This document shows, one piece after another, positions 39,975-49,972 of a stretch of 64,000 nt of DNA; position 1 is the first letter of the stretch, and every line of letters starts with the position of its first letter. The position numbers were made by a program, and so were the translations under genes. This stretch comes from a virus (taxonomy: Duplodnaviria > Caudoviricetes), in the IMG/VR virus record IMGVR_UViG_3300043010_000145. One strand, given 5' to 3'. The notes beneath the pieces are model-generated. The model saw only the letters and a program-made list of their open reading frames with translations. It did not search any database and was not told the origin of the DNA.

Positions 39975-42128
39975 GTGATGGTATTGTTACATTTGTTACG
40001 GCAATTACGGGGTCTTTCCGATAACAAACGTTCAAACACAAAGATTGGTGCGGTAAAGTTATGGGTACAGCATTGGGAAGATAGCCATAGAGAAGGACAT
40101 TCTGACAGGTTTGTAACTAGACCATATAATCAATATACAGACGGTTCAGGTATTTATTCACAAGACACTAACGTTACATATTTTTATACAATAGACAATT
40201 ACCCAATGGAACTGGCTAGTGATATGAAGCGACTTTTACGAAACAAAGTTCCTCGTGGTAGCCGTGTCCGTGTATCTTTTATAGATTTGTACGAGCAGAC
40301 AAGCATTGACTGGGATTCCGCCGCTGTTCGTGCCAAACTGAACACATGGCGTGTTTTAAAAGAAGAAACTAAAGAGGGCGATATTTACAACCTAAGTGAA
40401 ACAATTGGACAGACTGCAAGTATGGACTGGCGTGAGGCTTCCTTGGGTTATCTTGTTGAAGCACTTCGCAGCCGTGGAAGATATTTATATCGTGTAAGAA
40501 CCTTAATGATTATTTCAGGTGAGCGTGGTGAAGTGTATGATAAAGCTCTCCTTGAAATTTTGGAAGAATGCCGAACAAGTTTTGGGTTATCTGTCAATCG
40601 TATCAATGGCAATTTGGAAGATTACCTCGAAATGTTTTCACCTTTTACCTTAGAATATAAGGACAGAATTCGTAAGCGAGTAGGTAACTTTGCCATGACA
40701 GATGAGATTCTCGGGCAGCTTTACACATACAGTCAAGGAAAAGTAGGGTATGACGGTATTTATTGGGGAACTGATATTGATTCACGTTTCCCTGTATTCA
40801 AAAAAATGAAACCAAGAGCAGAAGATGCTGAGAATATTTTAATTACTGCACAGACTGGTGGTGGTAAATCATTCTTTGCTAAATCGCTTATCTTTCAGAT
40901 TTTAGCAGATGACCGTTTTAACGGTACAATTATGGACTTTGAAGGTAATGAATATGCTCCATTGACTGCATTCCTTTGTTCCCAAGACGGTTTTGGTCCA
41001 AGAGAAGTTATTACACTAAATATGGCAGAGGGTTCAGGTGCATATTTTGACCCTGTTGCTATTTGTATTTCCCAAGCTGGACAGGAAATGCGGCAAGATT
41101 CTTTGGAGAACAATGCTTTCAATATGGCAAAAGCATATTCTAAATCAATTATGACCGTATTATGTGGTGCTAATGCAAATCGAGATGATTATATTGGTAA
41201 TATTTTAAATGAAGCTATTGAAAGAACTTATGCCAAAGTAGGTGTTACAGATAACCCTAGTACATGGCGGTATTCTAAGGGGTTAACTTTAAAGAATATT
41301 TATGAAGCTATTTCTGAAATTGAAGTAAAATGGCAGAATTTAGAGCAAAAGAGCAGAGCTGGATATCAGTTGACTTCTGAGGAGCGTGCTCTATTAGACC
41401 CGAATTACAAAACAGCCTTAAATAAAATGATTATGATGCTGCGTAGTTATTTTTCCGAAGATGGCATCAATTCCTATATTTTCCGAAATCCAATTCGATT
41501 AGATGAAGTGAGTAATGCACGTTTAGTTGTTTGTTCTTTCGGTATGCAAGGGCGAAGCCCTGAAACGGTTGACCCGATTCAGATGGCTCTTATGGAAATT
41601 TATGCTGCCAATATTTCTCACATACGTTCTATTTATAGTAAAGATGCTGGTAAATTTAATTTTAAAGTTTGGGAGGAGTTTCAGCGATGGAGTGCTTTTG
41701 CAGGCAGTGAAGCTACAATTAAAACAGCTTTGACTGGTGGACGTAAAATGGGTGATGTCAATATTATCATTACCAATGCAGTAGAAGATTTGCTTGTGAA
41801 TGATACATATGCAGTTATGGGTAGTATTACATCTGCTGCAATTGGTTTGTTGCGGCAGGAAACAACTAGACAAATGCTTTGTGAACGATTATCTATACCC
41901 GAATCAAAAGCAAGATTAGATGAAATTGCAAATAAAAATGAGAACCGTGTCGAAATGAATACAAGAAAAGGTGCAAATAGCCGTAGTGAAACAAAAAGTG
42001 ATTACGATAAGGCTTTCTTAGTGTATCTTGACCAAGAAGTAACAACGGTAAGTAAAATGTATTTACCAAGCCAATTGATGCATAGTAAAATATTTAAAAC
42101 AGGTGTGGAATTACAGCACGGAAACTAA
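39975..42128 (+). CDS. VirB4/TraE-like conjugation ATPase
   Basis: Walker A 'AQTGGGKS', 'MDFEGNEY', Walker B-like 'KVWEEFQ' and 'GRKMG'; 717 aa. Confidence 0.75.
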   Translation: MMVLLHLLRQLRGLSDNKRSNTKIGAVKLWVQHWEDSHREGHSDRFVTRPYNQYTDGSGIYSQDTNVTYFYTIDNYPMELASDMKRLLRNKVPRGSRVRVSFIDLYEQTSIDWDSAAVRAKLNTWRVLKEETKEGDIYNLSETIGQTASMDWREASLGYLVEALRSRGRYLYRVRTLMIISGERGEVYDKALLEILEECRTSFGLSVNRINGNLEDYLEMFSPFTLEYKDRIRKRVGNFAMTDEILGQLYTYSQGKVGYDGIYWGTDIDSRFPVFKKMKPRAEDAENILITAQTGGGKSFFAKSLIFQILADDRFNGTIMDFEGNEYAPLTAFLCSQDGFGPREVITLNMAEGSGAYFDPVAICISQAGQEMRQDSLENNAFNMAKAYSKSIMTVLCGANANRDDYIGNILNEAIERTYAKVGVTDNPSTWRYSKGLTLKNIYEAISEIEVKWQNLEQKSRAGYQLTSEERALLDPNYKTALNKMIMMLRSYFSEDGINSYIFRNPIRLDEVSNARLVVCSFGMQGRSPETVDPIQMALMEIYAANISHIRSIYSKDAGKFNFKVWEEFQRWSAFAGSEATIKTALTGGRKMGDVNIIITNAVEDLLVNDTYAVMGSITSAAIGLLRQETTRQMLCERLSIPESKARLDEIANKNENRVEMNTRKGANSRSETKSDYDKAFLVYLDQEVTTVSKMYLPSQLMHSKIFKTGVELQHGN

Positions 42129-42209
42129 ATTTTTGCAAAACAAATATATAAGTAAAAAGAATAGAGAATTTAGTAATTCTCTATTTTATTATGCAGAAAG
42201 GACAATTAT

Positions 42210-43106
42210 ATGAATGGTATTAAGCAGTTTGTAACAAAGCATAAAGTCATATTGGGTATTATAGCAGCAGTAATTGTTGTGGCATGTTTTGCAGGCTACA
42301 AAGGTGTGCAATCCTATAAAAAGAAAAAGCAAACTGAGGCAGACATTGCTTGGATTGAAGCAAATAATGCAACAACTGAGGATTCTACGGATAAGTTGAC
42401 AGGTACATCCTCTCTGTTAATCTCTATGCAAGATAGTTTAACGGAGTCTTACGGTGAAGCACCAGACGGTTTTGTTTGGGATATGGACGGTACTTTAATC
42501 TCTATTGGGGATTCTAGTATGACCGCTGAGGAAGTTGTATATGCTTATTTACAGGCTTTGTCTAAATTAGATATTGATGCAGCTTCTAAGTATTCTCGTA
42601 AAGCGTCTACTGTTAGCCAATATTCTAAATATTATGATAGTACATCTTACACAAGTTACAGCGACCAGTTTAATAGAAATATGTATGCTGCTGTATTAAA
42701 GAGTATTCAGATTGATAAAGTTGAAAGCACGAGTACATTTTCTGCAAATAAACAGGTTTTCACAGTAAGTGCCACGATTATTGATTTAACAAATAAAGAC
42801 TTTTGGCTGAACGACAGACAAGAAGTGTTTGAAACATTGTACACATATGGTGTAGATGAATCCGATAGTACAAAAGCAGACCAGTATTTGTATGAGTATA
42901 TTCTTAGTTATTTTGACAGTGATGTAGCAATTACAAGAACTGTAACATTTGATTTAACTCTTGAAAAATTGACAGACTTCAACACAGGCTGGTTAGTTAC
43001 AGGAGACGGTGATTTAAATAATGCTTGTATCTATAAAGACGGAACAACTGTTTTAACTTATATCAAAGAGCAATATTATGATTACTTAGAGGATTTATAT
43101 TATTAA
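42210..43106 (+). CDS. Single-TM extracellular protein (possible VirB8/NTF2-like)
   Basis: N-terminal TM; 'AEEVVYAYLQALSKLD...GWLVT' pattern. Confidence 0.55.
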   Translation: MNGIKQFVTKHKVILGIIAAVIVVACFAGYKGVQSYKKKKQTEADIAWIEANNATTEDSTDKLTGTSSLLISMQDSLTESYGEAPDGFVWDMDGTLISIGDSSMTAEEVVYAYLQALSKLDIDAASKYSRKASTVSQYSKYYDSTSYTSYSDQFNRNMYAAVLKSIQIDKVESTSTFSANKQVFTVSATIIDLTNKDFWLNDRQEVFETLYTYGVDESDSTKADQYLYEYILSYFDSDVAITRTVTFDLTLEKLTDFNTGWLVTGDGDLNNACIYKDGTTVLTYIKEQYYDYLEDLYY

Positions 43107-43118
43107 GGGGTTTTCTAT

Positions 43119-43274
43119 ATGACAGCATTAGTAATGTTATTAACGTTTTTAATGATAATGACCTTTGGTTTCCTGTTTTCCTTAGAAATCAATGAAAATA
43201 GTAAAGCCACAGTTACATCGGTATTTATTATACTTTTAGTAATTTATATTTTAATTGTTCTGTTCTATCGTTAG
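43119..43274 (+). CDS. 51-aa two-TM small membrane protein (below the ORF-track cut-off)
   Basis: AAGGGG RBS; sequence MTALVMLLTFLMIMTFGFLFSLEINENSKATVTSVFIILLVIYILIVLFYR; fills the gap in the operon. Confidence 0.65.
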   Translation: MTALVMLLTFLMIMTFGFLFSLEINENSKATVTSVFIILLVIYILIVLFYR

Positions 43275-43304
43275 ATATTTTGGATGTAGAAAGGAGATAA
43301 TTAA

Positions 43305-45686
43305 ATGAGTTATGCAGAAAATTTAAGACGCAGACCATCATTTCAGCCAGGTCAAGGTGATGATGACGATGATTTTATGAATAAAAAATCAGCAGCAGAC
43401 GATGATGACGATGATGACGATGACGGTGGTGGTTCATATACACCAAGAAGCAGTCTAAATATGGGCGATATACATAGGAGCAATTCGTTTGCAAACGGTG
43501 CAAGTGCTCTTTCGAGTAGACCCGCTGGTTTGAGTAATGCGAGTTCTTTTAATCAAGGTGGTGGCTTCGGAGGAAACTCTATGAGCGGTGGCTTCAGTGG
43601 TAATTCCCTAGGCGGTGGCTTTGGAGGAAACTCTATGGGTGGCAGCTTTGGTGGTAACACTATGGGCGGTCCAATGGGAATTAACAGAGGCTGGGGTATG
43701 CAACAGCAACAACAGCAACAACAAAAAACTGTGGAAGAACAGTTTTGGGCTGCGGGAAAAAGTGCAGCAAATACAAGTAAAACATTTTTCATAGCCGTAA
43801 AAGATACTTTTGCAGGCAGTAATGCAACAGGTAGAGTAAATGCGGCTTATAACACTTTAAAAATATCAGCTGCATGTTGTGGTTTAGGTGTAATTATGAT
43901 GTTGCTTGGTGCATTTTATCCATTATTTACAAATGGTTTCGGTGTTTTATTAGGTAGTTTAATCTCATTAGGTACTTCTATGTTGATTTACGCTACGCAA
44001 TTAGACCCCGCAAAGAAAGAAGTTCGAGATAGAAAAGCACAAACAGAGTTAGCTGGTATTTATGATAAGCAAGAACCTGAGCCAGTATATATTCCTGAGC
44101 CTGAACCAGAACCTGAGCCAGAACCTGAACCTGAACCAGAACCTTTCTTTCCAGAAGAGGAGGAAGAAGAGGAACCTTATGTTCCATATATTCCGCCTGA
44201 ACCAGAACCTGTGTATACAAAAATGGATGTAGAATCCGCTATGCGAACCATTCCAGATGTGCCAGCCCATGTATATACAAGAAGTTTCTTATTTGAGCAG
44301 TGTAACAAAGTATTGCCAACAATGCAGCCGGATTTTGATGCATGGAAAACTATTCCTGTAACCCAAAGTATTGCAGAAGAATTTCAAAATGCACTTATGG
44401 ATATTTGTATGGGTGCTGGTATAGATGAAGCCAAAGAGGAATATCCGCAAATCACGGAAGTTGCAGAGAATGGTTTTATGTATCGTATTTATATTGCAAA
44501 AGGGACAAAAACATTTTTAGCAAACTGTCAGAAATTTGGTGCAGAATTGGGTAAAATGATTGCCAGCGACCCAGTTACAGGTAGAGCAAGACCAGAATAC
44601 GAGGGTATGTATGGTATTGGTACAAAATTAGGTGTTCAAGTTTATTTCTACCTATTTAAAGGTAAAGCAAGCAATTCCCTTTTATCTTTAGGTGATTGCT
44701 ATTTGAATAAAAAAGTACAGGATTCTATTATGAATCCAAAAATGAGAATGCCTGTTATCTATGGTGTTTCTGAATTTGGGGATATTCATCTTGTCGATTT
44801 CTGGAATGTTGAATCTGCAATTGTATCAGGGCAGCCACGTTCAGGTAAATCTTGGCAAGTTCAGAGTATGCTGCTGCAAATGTGTATGTATAATTCACCA
44901 GAAGAACTCGTATTCGAGGTTATGGATGTCAAAGGTGTAACCAGCGATTATGTTGCTATGATGAAGCATCTTCCACATTTCCGTGTATTCCGCAGCGACC
45001 CAAGAGGTATTATTGAGCGATTAGAGTATTTATTAAATGTTGAAGCAAAACGTAGAGAATCTATTCTGCGACAAAATAACTGTATCAATATTAAAGACTT
45101 AAAAGAGAAATGTCCGACAATCAAGTTGCCATATTTATATGTAATCATTGACGAGATGGCTTCTTTGTCCAATCAGTTGAAAGAGTTAGACAGTTCTTTA
45201 CCTAAAAAAGACCAAGTATTTGTTCAGAAATATAATGGCTATTTACAGCGACTTGCAACACAAACACCTAACTTGGGCTTACGTGCAATTTATGTACCAC
45301 ACCGTTTGACAGATAAGATTATTTCTAAAACAACTTATGAAATGGTTGGAACTCGTATGTGTGTACGTGCAAACCGTGAAGATTTGATTGCAGGTATTGG
45401 TGCAAATGAACGTGTATTCCCTTATAGTTTATCTAACCCAGGTGATATGGGTATGCAAGATTCCCAGATTAACGGCGGTAGACCATTCTTCAATCATGGT
45501 CCAGCTATTGCAAAAGATAACGATGCCAATGAGGAAATTTTTAGCTATGTTGGTGCTTTATGGCAGCGGTTAGAACCTGATTATAAACCACATACAGAAC
45601 AAATTACATTGAGTTCCTTGGCAGAACATGATTATATTGATGTAGATTATTCTATGGAAGGAAATGTATTTGAACGAGAAGACTAG
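43305..45686 (+). CDS. FtsK/SpoIIIE-domain DNA translocase (TcpA-like coupling protein candidate)
   Basis: Two TMs and a PE-repeat linker; Walker A 'GQPRSGKS'; 'MDVKG'; Walker B 'YVIIDEMA'. Confidence 0.85.
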   Translation: MSYAENLRRRPSFQPGQGDDDDDFMNKKSAADDDDDDDDDGGGSYTPRSSLNMGDIHRSNSFANGASALSSRPAGLSNASSFNQGGGFGGNSMSGGFSGNSLGGGFGGNSMGGSFGGNTMGGPMGINRGWGMQQQQQQQQKTVEEQFWAAGKSAANTSKTFFIAVKDTFAGSNATGRVNAAYNTLKISAACCGLGVIMMLLGAFYPLFTNGFGVLLGSLISLGTSMLIYATQLDPAKKEVRDRKAQTELAGIYDKQEPEPVYIPEPEPEPEPEPEPEPEPFFPEEEEEEEPYVPYIPPEPEPVYTKMDVESAMRTIPDVPAHVYTRSFLFEQCNKVLPTMQPDFDAWKTIPVTQSIAEEFQNALMDICMGAGIDEAKEEYPQITEVAENGFMYRIYIAKGTKTFLANCQKFGAELGKMIASDPVTGRARPEYEGMYGIGTKLGVQVYFYLFKGKASNSLLSLGDCYLNKKVQDSIMNPKMRMPVIYGVSEFGDIHLVDFWNVESAIVSGQPRSGKSWQVQSMLLQMCMYNSPEELVFEVMDVKGVTSDYVAMMKHLPHFRVFRSDPRGIIERLEYLLNVEAKRRESILRQNNCINIKDLKEKCPTIKLPYLYVIIDEMASLSNQLKELDSSLPKKDQVFVQKYNGYLQRLATQTPNLGLRAIYVPHRLTDKIISKTTYEMVGTRMCVRANREDLIAGIGANERVFPYSLSNPGDMGMQDSQINGGRPFFNHGPAIAKDNDANEEIFSYVGALWQRLEPDYKPHTEQITLSSLAEHDYIDVDYSMEGNVFERED

Positions 45687-45783
45687 GCAAATTGCTTAGT
45701 CTTTTTGTTTCTTTCTATTTGAGTAATACTGCCTGTTTTCTTGGTGAATCTTATCAAATTTAGTATAATATCTATGAAGAAAG

Positions 45784-47340
45784 TTGGTGATTCTTGTGAT
45801 ACCAGAAATCGGATTGGATATTTGGGCGAAGAATACAGACCGTAACCGCTATATGCAAGAAAGTTTTCGACCTACATTCACAAGATACGTTTGTGGAAAT
45901 ACAGAGGACGAGTATAACGATGTGTGTGCTTCATTAAATGCACAAATAAAATCACATCAAGAGATTACGGTATTCATCGAGGGAAACCCAGTCTTTGAGC
46001 CTGATTTGTCTGTTTTACAGCAGCTAAAATCAGAGCTTCCTAAAATGAATCTGTTAAATTTAACAAATGATGATTTAAGGCTCTTTACAGATGATAGAGT
46101 AAATACTTTATTTTTGCGAGCTTTAAATTTCTTATTGAAAGAGCAAAAACTTGCGAATAAATCTGCACAAGAAAACTTTGTTAGTACAATCGTTGTCTAT
46201 GCTCTTAGATACTTGCCAAAGTTGAAGTTTTCCGATGAAGAAACCTGCAAAGTTGTGCAGTACGGTACTTGTGATGATAGAGGAAAGAATTTTCTTTATC
46301 TTTGTCATTTAATGGGTATGGATGTGGTTAGCTTAACACCAATGGTGGATAACGATACTTGGCCTTCTATGTGTCAAGTCATTAAATACAATCGCATGCT
46401 TCGTCAATATCCATGGGAACAAAGATGCAAACTCGGAGTTGTTCATAACCAATACCAAACTTCCACTAGTTTAGCTGCTAAGAATGTGCAGTCTGTCCTT
46501 TTTGAAGGTGATACAAATTTCCGTCCTTGGAGTTTTCGAGAAGCTACAATCGAGCCTACTCTTTTAATTTCCACAGAAGCGGATATTGATATTTCTTGGA
46601 ATGAGCAAGCCCGTATGCGAGAAGGTTTCAAAGCAAGTGTTGAGCAGAAGATTTGTGTAATTCCGCATTTCTTTTATCTCTATGACGGTATCTGTAACGA
46701 TATGAATGTATATCGTGAGAAATTGCACCGTGCAACACATGTGAAAACTTGTTGTTTTGATGCCGTAGGTGGTAAGAAATTAGCTAAGCCGATACCTTCC
46801 TCTATTGCTGCAAGATTGATGTCTCAGGGTATGCAAGGAAAAGTATTCTCCTTAGACAAACTTTGGAGATTAGACTGGTATCCGTATACAGATTTGCCTG
46901 TTGATACACAACAACGAATTATTGGTGTTATCAATAAAATTATGGAAAACGGCAGACATATCTACCGTGGAACTTTAGATGAGCATTCCAAAGCAACCTT
47001 TGTAAGTTATGCTTTCGGTTTAAGCGATACAATTCTGAGTATGATTGACAATTTTGATTGTCCGTATGATGTGCCAAAAGTTGTCTTGTTATTGCAAGGA
47101 AAAGCTTTTCTTGATGACGGAACTTGCTTAATTCTTGGCTTGCTTTCACTTCTTGGCTTTGATATTGCGGTATATTCACCAGCAGGGAGAAGTGGTTTGT
47201 TGAAAGTGATTTCTTCCGAACAATGTTGCCATTTCCGTGGGGATAGAACTGTAACAGATTATCAGTTGCAACTTCCACCAGAACAGCAACCGCAACAAGA
47301 ACAGAAACGAAAAAGCTGGTTACAGGAGCTATTCGAGTGA
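45784..47340 (+). CDS. YceG-like Ter-cluster protein
   Basis: 'RPWSF...W.EQARMREGF...IPHFF...DG' and 'FDCPYDVPKVV...LLSLLGFDIAVYSPAG' motifs; telA and terD lie nearby. Confidence 0.7.
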   Translation: MVILVIPEIGLDIWAKNTDRNRYMQESFRPTFTRYVCGNTEDEYNDVCASLNAQIKSHQEITVFIEGNPVFEPDLSVLQQLKSELPKMNLLNLTNDDLRLFTDDRVNTLFLRALNFLLKEQKLANKSAQENFVSTIVVYALRYLPKLKFSDEETCKVVQYGTCDDRGKNFLYLCHLMGMDVVSLTPMVDNDTWPSMCQVIKYNRMLRQYPWEQRCKLGVVHNQYQTSTSLAAKNVQSVLFEGDTNFRPWSFREATIEPTLLISTEADIDISWNEQARMREGFKASVEQKICVIPHFFYLYDGICNDMNVYREKLHRATHVKTCCFDAVGGKKLAKPIPSSIAARLMSQGMQGKVFSLDKLWRLDWYPYTDLPVDTQQRIIGVINKIMENGRHIYRGTLDEHSKATFVSYAFGLSDTILSMIDNFDCPYDVPKVVLLLQGKAFLDDGTCLILGLLSLLGFDIAVYSPAGRSGLLKVISSEQCCHFRGDRTVTDYQLQLPPEQQPQQEQKRKSWLQELFE

Positions 47341-49298
47341 GTAAGTTAACATTAGGAAGCTTATTTGACGGTTCAGGTGGTTTTCCTCTTGCAGCTGAAT
47401 TATCAGGTATTAAATCTGTATGGGCTTCCGAGGTTGAACCGTTTCCCATAGCTGTTACTAGGAAAAATTTTCCAAATATGAAACAGTTGGGTGATGTGCG
47501 GAAAATAGATGGTGCAAAGATAGAACCCGTAGATATTATTACTTTTGGTAGCCCTTGTTTTCCAAAAGGTACACTTGTTCTTACAAAGAAAGGCTATGTA
47601 CCTATTGAAAAAATTTCTACGGAAGATTATGTACTTACACATACAGGAAATTGGCATAGAGTACTTCAGACTGGTTCAAAAGAGGCAAATACTGTTCTAT
47701 TGCATGGCTGCCATCAAGGTTTGGAATGTACACCAAATCATCCAATTTATTCTGCTGAGCTTATCTCTAAGAAAGCAATAGAGGGTACAAATACATATTT
47801 TGTGAATGAACCTACTGCGGAACATACTTGGCTGGCTGCTAATGATATGTTGGGGAAGTTATGGGCTGTACCAAAATGTATTAAAGAAATTGTAGCTATG
47901 CCTAGAGATTTTTCTTTTGATGAAATGCATGAGTTTGGTTTTTCTATTACTGAAGATTCTCACTTAGAATCTTGGATTTATACTATGTCTACTGATTTAC
48001 AGCATGCATTATTAAAAGGTATTATAGATAAAGTTGGTTCATATGAAGCAGAAAGCACATTTCAGCTTGTATTTAAATCACATCATCTAGCGGAGTCTAC
48101 ACGTTTACTCGCTGAAATATTGAATTATTCAACTACTGTTTCTTATTATGATAATTTATACCATTTGCTTATTGCTAGAATTCGTCCTGAAACAAGATGT
48201 GATGATAATTTGCATTCTTGGTATTTGGTGAATGATATTGAAAAGCTTGCGTACACTAAAACCGTATATAACTTAGAAGTTGAAACGGATAATAGCTATA
48301 TTGCAAATAATATTGTTGTACATAATTGTCAGGATTTGAGTGTTTCAGGTAAGCGTGCTGGTTTAGAAGGTAAGCAATCAAGCCTTTTTCTTGAAGCAAT
48401 TCGTATTGTAAAAGAAATGCGGGAAGCAACAAGTAATACCAAACCTAGATATATTGTTTGGGAAAATGTTTGTTTTATAAAAGATACTCTGATTACAACA
48501 CCAAATTCGTATGTACCAATTCAAAATATACATATTGGAGATATGGTTCGCACACATAAGGGTACATTTGAACAAGTGCAAGGTGTACAGTGTACAAAAA
48601 ATGTGCCAACTTATACTTTGTCTACTTTATCAAATACTGTTACTGCAACTGGTGAGCATCCTTTTCTTGTTCGGAAGAAAGATAGTAAGCCAGTTTGGAA
48701 GGAGCTTTCTAAGATTTCTGAAAATGAGTATATTTCATATACATTGAATGATTCTAATCTTGCACATATATCTGATTTACTAAATAACATACTTACTAAA
48801 CATACTTCTGCTAATTCCACAGATTATTTTATTTCTGAGAATAGATTGTGGGAGAAAGTTGTTTCAGTAAAGCATGCAAGTATTCAAACTGTATATAATA
48901 TAACCGTAGAAAGAGAACATACATATGAAGCAAACGGTATCACAGTTCACAACTGCGGAGCATTCTCAAGCCATAACGGAGAAGATTTCCGAACCGTCCT
49001 CGAAGAAATTGCAAAAGTCAAAGACCCCGAAGTTTCAATACCTAAATCTGAAAAGTGGGAACAGTCCGGCTGCATCATGGCAGACAATTACAGTATTGGA
49101 TGGCGAGTTCTCGATGCTCAATATTGGGGAGTTCCCCAAAGAAGAAGCAGAGTCTTCGTTGTCGCAGATTTTGCTGGAACAGGTGGCGAAGAAATATTAT
49201 TTAAGTCCGAAGGCCTGTCAGGGTATTCTGCGGAGGGCTTTAAACAAAAACAAGAAATTGCCAAACAATATGGCAGAGATTCTTCAAAAACAGGCTAA
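47337..49298 (+). CDS. C5 cytosine DNA methyltransferase, N-terminal part (motifs I-VIII), with two inteins
   Basis: 'SLFDGSGG', 'GSP|CQD', 'WENV|CG' and 'GVPQRRSRVF' motifs; 235 aa after removing the inteins. Confidence 0.9.
   Translation: MSKLTLGSLFDGSGGFPLAAELSGIKSVWASEVEPFPIAVTRKNFPNMKQLGDVRKIDGAKIEPVDIITFGSPCFPKGTLVLTKKGYVPIEKISTEDYVLTHTGNWHRVLQTGSKEANTVLLHGCHQGLECTPNHPIYSAELISKKAIEGTNTYFVNEPTAEHTWLAANDMLGKLWAVPKCIKEIVAMPRDFSFDEMHEFGFSITEDSHLESWIYTMSTDLQHALLKGIIDKVGSYEAESTFQLVFKSHHLAESTRLLAEILNYSTTVSYYDNLYHLLIARIRPETRCDDNLHSWYLVNDIEKLAYTKTVYNLEVETDNSYIANNIVVHNCQDLSVSGKRAGLEGKQSSLFLEAIRIVKEMREATSNTKPRYIVWENVCFIKDTLITTPNSYVPIQNIHIGDMVRTHKGTFEQVQGVQCTKNVPTYTLSTLSNTVTATGEHPFLVRKKDSKPVWKELSKISENEYISYTLNDSNLAHISDLLNNILTKHTSANSTDYFISENRLWEKVVSVKHASIQTVYNITVEREHTYEANGITVHNCGAFSSHNGEDFRTVLEEIAKVKDPEVSIPKSEKWEQSGCIMADNYSIGWRVLDAQYWGVPQRRSRVFVVADFAGTGGEEILFKSEGLSGYSAEGFKQKQEIAKQYGRDSSKTG
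47556..48326 (+). mobile_element. Intein 1 (257 aa) at the catalytic Pro-Cys, with a LAGLIDADG remnant
   Basis: Begins CFPKGTLV, has 'CTPNHPIY', ends 'VYNLEVETDNSYIANNIVVHN|C'. 'LLKGIIDKVGS' is a degenerate endonuclease motif. Confidence 0.92.
48471..48953 (+). mobile_element. Intein 2 (161-aa mini-intein) directly after the ENV motif
   Basis: Begins CFIKDTLI, has 'ATGEHPF', ends 'VYNITVEREHTYEANGITVHN|C'. Confidence 0.92.
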
Positions 49299-49953
49299 TG
49301 CACAGATAGATAATGATATACAAATATGTGGTACAGTTTCAGGAGTGGCATTTACTCAAAATCAACGAGATGAAGTGAGAATTTTAGGAGATAAAGTTGG
49401 TGCTCTGGCTGCACATTCGGGTTCACATCAAACGAATTATATCTTGCTTTGCTCTGAGCCACCCAATGAAGTTGTTTCGGGAAAGCCTATTGTGGCTACT
49501 TTAATGGCCAGTCATGGTAAAAAGTGCTATCTTGGTAATCAAGATTCTTTTTCTGGTGATTATTTCTTCAATCAACCTTTGTATATTTATAATGAGGAAA
49601 TGAATAGTGTATCTGAAACAGATATTCGTATTCGCAAACTTACACCTAAGGAATGTGCTAAATTACAAGGATTTCCAGAAAATTGGGCATCAAATTTAGG
49701 TGTTGCTAATCCCACGGAGGAGCTTATACAACAAAATCAGAATATATTCAGTATATATGCAGCCACCATAGGAAATGCAGGTAAAAAGAAAACAGAAAAG
49801 CAAATTCGTAAATGGCTTGCTAATCCACACAGCGATACAGCTGAGTATACAATGTGGGGCAATGGTGTTGCATTACCTTGTGTGTATTTCATTATGGAGG
49901 GTATTGTTTGGCATGCAGCCCAAGGAAATGCCGAATATAATTTAGAAATTTAG
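49114..49953 (+). CDS. C5 methyltransferase C-terminal polypeptide (variable region + motifs IX-X) in an overlapping frame
   Basis: ORF is open from 48925; a plausible ATG is at 49114. Contains 'KYYLSPKACQGILRRA', 'RKLTPKECAKLQGFP' and 'MWGNGVALPCV'. Confidence 0.8.
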   Translation: MLNIGEFPKEEAESSLSQILLEQVAKKYYLSPKACQGILRRALNKNKKLPNNMAEILQKQANAQIDNDIQICGTVSGVAFTQNQRDEVRILGDKVGALAAHSGSHQTNYILLCSEPPNEVVSGKPIVATLMASHGKKCYLGNQDSFSGDYFFNQPLYIYNEEMNSVSETDIRIRKLTPKECAKLQGFPENWASNLGVANPTEELIQQNQNIFSIYAATIGNAGKKKTEKQIRKWLANPHSDTAEYTMWGNGVALPCVYFIMEGIVWHAAQGNAEYNLEI

Positions 49954-49972
49954 AAAGGAAATTTTTTACTCT

